The notes below the pieces were generated by a model. The model saw nothing but the letters and a program-made list of their open reading frames with translations, was not told where the DNA came from and did no database searches. A program made the translations under genes and the position numbers. Below, piece after piece: positions 1-11,000 of a stretch of DNA of 32,125 bases. Source of the DNA: Kipferlia bialata (Eukaryota); assembly GCA_003568945.1 (NCBI GenBank), contig BDIP01000089.1, positions 1 through 32,125 of the forward strand, given 5' to 3'. Numbering within the stretch: the first letter of the stretch is position 1; every line of letters begins with the position of its first letter.

Positions 1-318
1 GATGTATCCCAGCATGCCAGTCGTGTAAGATAAATCTGTATCAACATGTATTTAGAGTGTGAAGTCTAAGGTTCAGTAGGTCATGAAGTCTAAGGAGGCA
101 TATATTACATATGGTGCTGTATCTCTTCAGCTAAGAACACTGATATAGTACGGTAGATCTAGCTTCACTATACTAGGCAAGTACAACATAATCACTTCTG
201 GTATTTATCACTTACACGAAGACACACAAGATCAACACACAACAGACTGATAATAGCGGGGGTATTATGCCCATCACCCACACCCAGCCGTACTAGCTAC
301 TCGATACACACACTGGGC

Positions 319-2747
319 CTATGCCTTGATGGACATGCTCTCCACCCTCTCTGTGATGGCCTCCATGGCCTCTGACACCACGCTGGACACAGGCTCGTCC
401 TCGATGTCAGTCTCTACAACCTCGTCCTGGTGGGGGTCCTCCTCCACAATCCCATCCATCAGCCCCCCATCTCCCTTGGCACACCCAAACTCATACCCGC
501 CATCCCCTGGGGAGGCCGGGCTGCTCTCGTCCCCCCGTATCTGGGAGGATATGTCGTCTGCCCCCTCAGTCCCCATGGCCATGTCTAGCTCAGCCAGAAG
601 GTCGGCCTGGGACATGGACAGAGAGAATATCTCGTCCTCCTCCGAGGCGTATCTGTCCACGGCCTCCTGGGGGGGCTGGACCAGCATGCCCGTGATGGCC
701 ATCACTACACAGGGCTGGTTGACAATGGCCACGTTGGGTATGCATGCAAAGTGCTGCACTACGCCAATGGGCATGTAGGAGGGAGGGGCATCGGGGGAGG
801 GGACGGGGGCCTCCTGGGAGGCGTCGGCTGGCTCCCCAACGTCAGGGGTGTCAGTCTCGGCAGAGGCAGTGGGAATGGGGGGAACAGGGGTAGACTTGGA
901 AGAGGCCTGGGGTGAGACAGATAGGGGTGAATGAAAGATACATACATATATATATATATATATATACCTTGGGAGCGGGTGGCCTGACCATGGTGACGTA
1001 TGCGGCAGGCGACACGTCCTGGTAGGAGGGCACGGAGAAGAGGGTGTAGGTAAGCCCCTTGTGGGACTCCTCGAACCCGTTGGGCACGCAGGAGTGGGAC
1101 CGTATCAGGATGGACAGGTCGTCCTTGGCCAGGAACTCTTCCACGGTGTCACTGTTAAACAGCACACTGGCACCCCGCAGCAGGTTGAACCGGGTGGGTC
1201 CCCTGTGGGCCGGGTCACTCCACAGGATGTCCTGCAGGGGGTCGAAGAACTCAATGCGGCGGCCAGGGGTCTTCTCAGGGTCTCTGCACCTGGGGTGAGG
1301 CGTTGGGCATCATTATGATCAAGCAGAGACAGATATGTATATGACAGTCCCACTGTGACTATACATACAAGTATACCCATGGCTATATACTGGCAAAATA
1401 CATATTTATATTTATATGTGAACCTAATATTCATATACATATACAATACCTGTTCATCCTGTCAATCATGGCCAGGTCACACCCAGGCCTGCCGCTCAGC
1501 CCCCCATGCAGCACACACACTGCCTTGTCAATGACAGCCACCAGGGACAGCCACCTGAAGGACTCGACAAACCTGGGGGTGAGTGGAAGAGAACACAGAC
1601 AATGAGGAGAGAGACAATACTAGGAACTATACATATAAATACAATGCACATATGTAACCAAGCTGATAGGGGCACTCACATGTCAAACAGCCTGGACCCA
1701 GTCTCCAGGTCATACTTGTACCGAAGCTCCTAGGGTAAGTAAGATACTTGTGAAGACGTTGGAATCCAAGACTGACTAAGTGCGAGAACTATGAGATTGG
1801 ACGCCAACCCACCTGGAGGAATGTGTAGCTCTCTGCAATCTCCTTGGTCTCGTGGTTGCCTCTGAGCATGTACACGCAGTTGGGCGTCATGACCTTGAGG
1901 GCCAGGATCACAATGTACACCTCTGTGGAGAAGGACCCCCTATCGACATAGTCCCCGTTGAACACATAGGTCCTCTTGCCCTCCTTGGGCAGGCCCTCCC
2001 GCCTCAGGATCTGCCGCACTGCCTCGTATGTGCCGTGGGTGTCACCCACAATGACTGTGCCGGGTAGGGGGCCAGGGGCAGGGAGATCAGCAAAGTCAAT
2101 CATGGGGACAGAAGTAGTGGACAGGCGTCTCCGGATGCTGGTGTGCAGCTTGCCTGCGGTTAGAGTCACATTTAGATTGCAGGTAGGATGTGAGGCAGGG
2201 CAGTAGGTTGTATATATATATAGTATATAGTGTCAACCAAGAGATAGCTTAACCGGATATTAAGTCAATGGTTGTCAGACCAATCAGTGTACATGGAACA
2301 AAACTCATCCAAATACACAGTAACGACACTCCCATCACCCCTGCACTGGCAAGTATGACTCAAGACACCGGTTATTATGATATGGGATGATATACGGCAG
2401 TATATACCTGTGTGCTCGGGAGAGGTGACCCTCACAACATTGGGCTCTTGTGATAGAAGGTAGGTTCCCACCCTCAGAATACTCTCCACCAGGGGGGCAT
2501 GGATCACAGGCTTCATCATCACAGTGGGAAGTGACTCCTTAGAGCTGCCGACACTTGATGTAACATAGAGCATGTCCATACGGCGATCAATCACACCCAA
2601 GAAGTCACCAGTGGCTAGCTCCTGGCGCAACGCAGCAATCTCTTCATCTGAGGGACGAGGAGGAAGCTTAGGCTTCGCAAAGAACTTGGCCTCCCTGGCA
2701 GCCAGTTGCTCGGTCGTGAACGGGCATCTACTAAACGAATTACCCAT
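319..2747 (-). CDS. Ser/Thr protein phosphatase, PPP family, PP5/PP7(PPEF)-like. Six exons: 2747-2408, 2153-1813, 1729-1680, 1572-1450, 1289-968, 906-319; about 587 aa
   Basis: The spliced frame gives the PPP motifs in order: VGDTHG, FNGDYVDRG, LRGNHE, LHGGL, DILWSDP, IRSH, FSVPSY. The FNGD form is typical of PP5/PP7. All GT-AG junctions keep frame (1764 nt total). N-terminus is MGNSFSRC and the C-terminal tail is acidic and low complexity. Confidence 0.9.
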
Positions 2748-3052
2748 GTTCTCGGCTGAAGAGTTCTATCAGAGCCAGAACTTCTCACAAACGCTCAAAA
2801 TATCAAGGAAAGACCTTGAAACAAAAGCTGGGTTCTACCTATTGTCTACAGAATCTCAAAGCGACTCTATGGGACACAAGGGGATTGTTGGTTGGTCCGC
2901 AGTGTAGATGATTCCTTGGACCCTTAACTCTTTTTCCTTGAGCGAGACATTGTGACAATCTCGAGTATGTCCATACGTTATCACATAATCACTGCTTGAC
3001 ACATAACGCGACACAATCAGTAGCACAACGTCTATTTCAGCACTGGCGAGAA

Positions 3053-4878
3053 TCACTTACGCATGGCTAGAAGCACTAGCATGGCGACCAGCATCAGGAA
3101 CATAAAGAGAAGTACCCCAGCGAGGCTGTTTCCGCCCTGCTTGCCAAAGGTCACCGAATGCAGACGCACATCCCCTCCAATGGTGACGGACACTATGCTG
3201 AGACCCCCTGGGGCACAGAGCACGTGTGTCACGGTGTTGTCAGCCGATGGCCCCTGAGCCATTCTGCTGTATCTGGTGCCAAGCTCTGGGGAGACAAGGG
3301 CTAGGCCTCCCTCGCTGTACCCAGCACCGATGTAGCCGCCCTCAACGGTACCTGAATATAAGGAGACAGTGTCACCACGCCAGTATGGCTACTTATATAT
3401 ATATATATTACTTCCACGATAGTGGCCAGAAGTACCCTTACCCACCTGACAGTGCCACTGGCTGGCTCTCAGTGTTGATGCGGCTGGACGTGAGCACCTC
3501 ACCGGAGAGGAGCCCCACCGTGCCAAAGCACCCTCCCTCCCTAGACACTGCTGCCACGTGGACTATGGGCTCCTTGTCGACAGCAGCCAGGTGGGAGTAT
3601 GCTGGGAAGGAGTAGAGCCGCCTGGCAATGCAGGGCTGGGCCTTGGACTTGCCGGAGGAGTAGGGGGTCACCTTGAGAGAGGGGTGGGAGGTGATAACCA
3701 CAGGGTCCTGGGTGAGGCAGGGCATGGGTACATATACTTAGGACAATCTAAACAACATTGGGGACATGGAAGATATATATGACCCATAACAAACAACAGG
3801 ACCCCACCTCCTTGTCAAATGAGAACTCCTGAGCTATGTACTGGCCGTTGAGGGAGAGAGAGATGGCTAGGAGGCGGCCTCCCTCGATGTAGGACCCAAC
3901 CACAGAGTTGATGACATCGTCGTGGCTCCCTGGTAACCCTAACAGTCAGAATATATATATATATATACAGTCAGAGGGTGACAAGTATCCTCGGTGTGAA
4001 TCAGTATCAAGATAGACCAAGCTGGTATACGTACTGAGTGGCGTCCTGTCAATCATCTCCATCCTCACAGCCCCGACCTGCACACTGCGTCTCAGCCATG
4101 CCTGCACAACACCGTCAGTGCGGCCTAGGGTCAGGAGTACGGGTATACGTATATATACGTATACAATGGGTGGGAGGTATGAATGATAGTCCAATGCAGA
4201 TAGATACAACAGAGAGGAAAGGAGAACGAGAGCGAAAAACCCTATCCCACCTGTTATAAGGGCATCTGAGCACAGGGCAGCGGCATTGAAGCCCTCGCCC
4301 TCAGGCAGGGATGGAGAGAGCGTGGACACGACGCTGATCCGGATGTCCTCTGTGTCTGGGTCCATGAGGGTCAGGGCGTATATGACGGAGTGGGTCACCA
4401 CGTAGAAGGTGTGGTTGGCAGTGTGGAGGGGGAGCACAGCACGCACCACGCCACTGCACTTCATGTCAGCCACCTGCCGCATGGACTCGGGGGTGTTGCC
4501 CTCGCCCTGCACTAGTCTGTACACAATCTGGGGTGAGGGTGTCTGTATGTGCATGCATGTGATTGTGTGTGTGTATACAGTGAGAGACATGTCATGTGAC
4601 AGAGGGTGGCACCGTGTCATTCTGGCCACATGGACATATGTACATCAACAACAGCACCCATATGTACATACACACATGGAACACATGCCAATATGTAAAA
4701 CACAACCGGGTAACCAAGTACACAATATATATGACACACACTCACGTACAATACGGTTTGGTACTCCAAACTGGGGGTTCCCGCCTCCCCCACCCACAAT
4801 GAACAGGTTCTGGGACACCCATGCCCCGGCATAGAGGGGGAAGTCGACACTCTGCTTGTCCACCAGGGACAGCCTCAT
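3053..4878 (-). CDS. SEC12: Sec12/PREB-like WD40 protein (Sar1 GEF) with C-terminal transmembrane helix. Exons approx. 4878-4750, 4527-4251, 4124-4035, 3938-3808, 3707-3446, 3351-3053
   Basis: N-terminal FPLYAGAW...FIVGGGGGNPQFGVPNRI resembles the Sec12/PREB glycine-rich K-loop region. WD-like segments follow (HDDVINSV, TDGVVQAW), then a hydrophobic tail LAGVLLFMFLMLVAMLVLLAM. The 3' end is uncertain because a possible GTAAGT donor lies near 3060. Confidence 0.65.
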
Positions 4879-5046
4879 AGCGAGTGTAGAGAGACAGACG
4901 GTGGGATGTTGCCCTTGGACCCTTCTTCCATATTGTCCCTGAGCACGGACATCTCTCCACTACTTCACATGTGCCACCATACGACCAAACCATGATATTT
5001 GTTTGTCTATTACATACAACACTAAACACTAAATGTTCGGACACTC

Positions 5047-8000
5047 TCACTCCTTCTTATCCCCTGCGCTGGGAGGGGCAATCATCAGCCTGCGAAGAGA
5101 TCCGGCAGTCCTGGCGACAGCAATAATGGCACGCAGACCCCAATCGTAATGGTCCTGCTTGGAGAGAAGCTCTCTGTTGAGGGCGTACAGTGTAACGAAC
5201 TTCTTGGAAAGGTTACGGGAGTCGATGAATCCCTGGGCCAGCAACATAATCTCAGCAATCATGGCGTAATCGGGCACGATCATGGAGATTGGCCGGAAGA
5301 GAGACTTGATGTTCTCAGGGAGCTCGGTACGACCAGCGTAACCGGGGTTCATTGTGATGAACATACCGCATGTGGGCACCAGCTTGATAGTCTGGCCGCT
5401 GAACACAAACATCTTCTTCTTTGCCTTGATGGCATCCAGCACAGTCTTGACCTGGGTGGACACAACAGACAGCACCTCCACACTGATACGGTTGAACTCA
5501 TCGAAGCATCCCCAGGAGCCAGAGGAGGCAAGGCCCTTGAAGATGTTTCCAAGGGAACGGTAGTCCATCTGAGGTGAGGGGTATTCAGGGTCAGAAATTA
5601 ATCTACATATTATATGTATGTATATTGTTATATATATATATATATATATATAGCAAAATCGGTACCTCAGGTGAGCAGTTGAACACATACACCATGACTC
5701 CCAGCGACCGACCCAGGTCCTTGGTGGTCTCTGTGTTGTGCACGACTGTGAAGTCCTCAAGCAGGAAGCGCTTGTCCTTGTCCAGGGCGAATCCAAAGTA
5801 CTCGTCCTCGCCCACCTCCTCGACTGTGAATGCGAAGGGGTGGCCGACACCCAGCAGTGAGAGAGAGGGGTTGTTGGGGAAAGCCTTGGGGATCCACACG
5901 CAAGGGAGCTCTGTGAGGTCCTCTCCGGACAGCATGAGGCCGGTCTCTGTCTCCACAGCCACCAGACCCTCTGCCCTGGCAACCATACGCACGGCATGCC
6001 TGAGGGCAACGGGGAGGGCCAGGGGGGACTGGAGGTGGGAGCCCTCGGGGGCAATGGTGAACTCGGCGCCTCCGTCCACGATACCTCCCAGCAGGGGGGA
6101 CCTGACCCGAGAGCGGGACTCGATGAACATGGTGTCCCTGAGGGATGTCACGTCGTTGGGGTTGGTGAGGTAGAGGGAGAGGATCTTGCTGACGGACTGG
6201 CAGGGGGAGACGGTGATGAGGTTGTCGGGCTGGCCGTCCTGCACCACCTGGTCTCCCAGCCCACCCACAATGCGGGAGATCTGGGCGAGGATGTCGTTCC
6301 TCACGTTCTGCACACGGCGGGACTGGAGGCGCATCACCAGCTTCTGGCCGGGGATGTACTCCTGCACAGCGGACAGGATGTATCCCACAAGCCAGGAGGC
6401 GTCAGCGGCACGGAGAGAGGAGCCGAGGCCCTCGATGGCCCTCTTGATCCGGTGGTACACAGAGGTGCCGGCCTTGAAGGGGAACCTGATGGGCTTGGTA
6501 GGCCTGACCATCCTGAGGCGCCTCTTGATGGGCTCTGGTAGGGCCAGGTACCGCTCCATCTCGACCTCCCACACAAAGGTGGGCAGCCTGAACGTGACAA
6601 AGTCGGCGGCGTCGTCTGGGGACACAAAGGTCCTGGACCGCAGCTCGACCTCGTTCTCCTGGTTGAGGTGCAGGTACTCGACGGTGTACCCGGCAGTGTC
6701 GCCCTGGATGAAGCCCTCGGACTGGCCGGGGGCAAGCACTAGGATGTGGGGGGCATTGCAGGTGAAGCCCTCGACACCGGCACCGGCCTCAGGCACGACC
6801 CTGAACATCCTGCCCCTGCCCCTAGTCACACCAGAGACAGTGCGGGGCTTGCCGTCCACACCCAGCACCTCCTCGCCACTCTCAATGGTCTCGACGGTGC
6901 GCACGGCTCCGTCAGCCATCAGCACACGGGTGCCCTTGGCAAAGCACTTGCCTGTACCGGCAGGACCGGCGGGGCTACCTCCCATGACCAGATGCAGGGA
7001 CTGGGTGAGGGTGATGTAACACCTATCGGTCAGGGGGGTGATAACCAGACGGCCTGTGCATCCGAGGTACTCGTGCTGGTAGCGGAACTCGGCGTCACAG
7101 ATGTTTGCGAAGGAGTCCTCCTCGATGTCGTCCCACCGCAGCTTGAGCTGGGACTGCCAGGCAAAGGACTGGCTGGACTCCACCTTGTCCTTGATCATGT
7201 TGGCCACCACGTCTCTGGCGTGCACCCAGATGGTGCACAGGGTGTTGACCTTGGTCATGTCGCGCTTGGACAGACCGCCCTGGATGAGAGCAATGAGGGC
7301 CAGTAGGTAGGCCTCCTGCCTCTTGAGGTACTCCTTGAGGGCCATCTCGTTGCCCTCCTCCAGCATATCGAAGCAGGACATGACGTCAGTGGTCCACCAG
7401 ATGAGCAGACCGGTCAGGGTGATCTGGGCCGGGAACTCCATGATCCACTTCTCCTTGTCCATCTCCATGTACCCAGTGATGGACTGGGACTGCACGTGCC
7501 GCAGGGTGCCGCGCATGGCCTCGACAAGGCCAGTCAGCCAGTCCTCCACACGCCCACTGCACAGGGTGTTCTCGTGGAAGGGGATGTACTCGCCCTCCTT
7601 AGAAGTCATACCAGTGGCCACCTTGGAGAGCACGGCCTCGCCCTCGGGGGTCTTGCCCTCCTCCTCCCAGGTGAGAGTCTTGACAGAGTCGAACAGCTTG
7701 GCCAGGTGCACCTGCACGAGGTGGGGCTGCTGGGACTTGGACAGGATGTCGAGCAGGTCGGTGCCAGACAGGAAGTAGAACCTGGGGAAGGCACGTCTCT
7801 TGGTGTCGAGGTAGTCGGCAAGACTCTTCTCACACAGGGCCAGCTGGGACTCAATGTGCTCCAGCCTCTTGCTGATGCCCTCCCTGGTACAGGCCTTGAC
7901 CACGTTGGGGGTGGCCACGCTCTCCTGCATCAGCTCCTTCCACAGGCTGTCGATCTGGTCGAACCTCTCACTGTCCTCGGGCAGCTGCATCCGGATATCA

Positions 8001-11000
8001 GCAGACCCGATGAAGATGGGCTCGAGGTGGCCCCAGGTCATCTGCACGGACAGCCACACAGACATGACGCCGTCCACAGCAGCAAGGTTCTGCTGCCAGG
8101 TTGTCACCTGCTCCTCGAAGAACTGCACAAACTTGGAGGAGGCGTGGTTCTGGATCACCACCTGGTGGTCCTCGAGGGTCTCGACAAGCTCCTCGGAGGG
8201 CCTGAGCAGGGGGGTCTTGCCGTCCTTGGCGGTGTCGAAGTCGAAGTACATCTGCCCCCAGGTGTCCTCCAGGTTGCGCAGCGACTTCTCCATCTGCTGC
8301 TCCTTGTTGGCCCTGGTCACAATGGACTCGACGTCCTCGATGAAGTTGTGCAGGTTGAGGGCAAGCAGGTCCTCCAGCTTGAAGTCCTCCGAGATGGTGA
8401 ACTTGACCTCGGTGGCCCTCATGAGCTGCCGCCAGTGCCTCTCCCGCATGGAGGGTGACCTCAGGTCAGACACCAGGGGCAGGGTCTTGAGGAAGTTCTT
8501 GACCAGGTTGTCGAGGCCGGTGTAGGCGTCAAAGCCTCTGGCCGCCCTGTCAATCTTCCTGATCTCCTGGGTGAACTTCTTGGCTGTGTCCTCCATGTAC
8601 TCCACGTCAATCTCACGCCAGGGGGTGAACTTCCAGGCGTCGATCTGGCTGGACACCAGCTCCGTCACGTCCCACACGCCCTTCATCATCATGATGTCTC
8701 TCTCCATGCCCTTGATCATGGCAAACTCGTCCACCTGCAGCTCAAACAGCACCTGCTGCTCCTGGAGCTGGTTGGCCTTGCCCCTGAGGTCGATGAGCTT
8801 GGTGTTGTACTCGTCCATGAGCACATAGGCCTTGTTGGCACCAATGGCAAAGGTGAAGGGACCGTTGGCACGGAAGTCGTCCTTGAAGGCGAGCATCTCG
8901 TCTGTAAAGTCCACCATCCTGACGAGGGTGCGCTGTGTCTCGGCCTGCTTGAGGGGTCCGAGCCTCTCGCTGGTGGCAAAGGAGGCCTCCTTGGTGTCCT
9001 TCCACTTCTGGGGCAGCACCTCCATGAGCTCGAGGATCTCGGGGGGGAGGGTGTGGTCGTACTTGGCAAGCATCTTGGCGGCCTGGGCCAGGGGCACCCA
9101 CAGGGCATCGGTCTCCTCGGCACGGGTCTTGACACCCACAATGCTACGCATGGAGGACACAAGCTTGTCGTACTCACCGTCAGCCACGTTGACGTCGAAG
9201 ATGGCGTTGGCCTCCTCAATGAACGTCTCGAGGGAGCGCAGCTTCTCGGTGTTGTGGGAGATGAGGTGCTGGGGGAAGAGGTACACCCACTGGGAGAGGA
9301 CGGTGGAGAGACTGTTGATGACAGGGGCACAGTTGAGGGACAGCCACCCAAAGCGGGACACCCTCTCGAGAGTCACCAGCTTCTGCTGCCTCTTGATGAA
9401 CGCCTTCATCTCGGCCTCAAAGTCATCTAGGGTGGGGGCCACAGGGAGGTTGGTGGGGTCCGACTCCAGCTCGAGCTCGGCGGCACCGTCGGGGGTGGCC
9501 AGCCTGCCCCACTTGAGGAAGCGCTGCAGGTAGGCAGAGCGGTCGCTGGTCCACAGGGCGGAGTAGGGGGTGAAGAGCTTGGCGTGCTGGGAGGCTCTCT
9601 CGGAGTGCCCCTCCAGCTCGGCCACTATCCTGTTCCTGAGGTCGACAAGCTCATGGGCCTCGCTGACCTCGGAGAAGAAGGTGGCACCGGAGCCGTCGAA
9701 GCAGTCGGGTCTGGGTGTGAGAATGACATAAGTGGGGGAGGGGGGAGGGGGGGGGGATGGGAATGATACACTGGGGCCACAAAAAAATACTCATGTCATA
9801 TATGATTGACCCACCTCTTGATGAGCTCTGCCACGTTCATCTGGGCGTCCAGCCAGTCCGTGATGAGCTGTGTGAGGGACCCCCTGCCCACGGTGGTGGT
9901 GTCAGGGGAGAAGACGAGGTCGGGGGGCACCAGGCCCAGCTCCACCTCGATCAGCACGGGAGGGGGTGCCTGTGCGAAGGAGTCCTCGTCCGTGGCCACC
10001 TCCCTGTCCCCGTCCTCCATCTCGGCCAGCAGGTAGGAGTAGCTCACACGCAGGGCCTGCACAATGCCGCCCTGCACCTCCCTGCCCAGCCACAGCCGGT
10101 ACTTCTGCCAGTTGGGGTCGTCGTTGGGCACATCAAACACCACCCTGCTCTTCTCGCAGAGCTCGTGGACCTGGGGGTGAGTGGGGGATTAGAGGGGAGT
10201 AGATAGTAGTCACTGAGAGAAAGATGGGTAGGTGGGGGAGGGGGGGGGGGGGGGTTCTCGCACTGCCACTGACCTTGAGGCTGGACTTGACTGTCTCCTG
10301 CACCCTGGTCTCGATGGTCTTGAGGCCAGTCTTGAGGGACAGGGGCTTGGAGGCAGAGCGCCTCACCAGGAAGGGCACCCTGGCCCAGGAGTCCAGGATC
10401 TCTCTGATCTCCTTCTGGTGGCCCTTGACTGTCAGCACACACTCGTAGAGGTCAGACACAGTGCCAGAGGCAGCGCTGATGAAGGGGCCGATGTCGGAGC
10501 TCTGCCAGGAGAGCTCTGCCAGTCCCTGCTCGAGGATGGAGTCGATGTGGGCCAGTCTCTTGGCCACGAGGGGCTCCTCGACCTGCAGCAGCTCATCCAC
10601 CGTCGAGTTGTACCACTGCACCACAAGCTCCAGGTTGTGCCTGTGCTGCCAGAAGGCATCGGCGTTCTTGTACACCCTGCGCATCTCCTGGGGCACAGAC
10701 AGGCTCATCTCGTTCAGATAGTGCGTCTCCCTCAGCAGAGCCACGAGGGCAGGGCTGAAGTTGACAGCCAGACGCCGGGTGGCCTTCTCACGCACCAGGG
10801 GCGGCAGGCGGAGCTTCTCCTGGATCTCCTTGTCCACGTCCCCACACCACTCGGAGTAGTGGGAGGCCTCGTAGTTCCTGAGCAGGGCAAGGATGCCCTT
10901 GTACTTCTCGCGCATCAGCACATACTCATCATCAGTGGACAGGGGGCCCTCGCCAATCAGGGTCACGAACCTGGCCATGGGCCTGTCGATCCTCTCTGCC

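Noticed and set aside
5735..6946. Alternative reading of the insert as an in-frame spliceosomal or group I intron, or a Hedgehog/BIL Hint domain
   Set aside because: The insert lacks GT-AG ends, has the complete intein blocks A, B, F and G with +1 Thr, and is flanked on both sides by contiguous dynein sequence.
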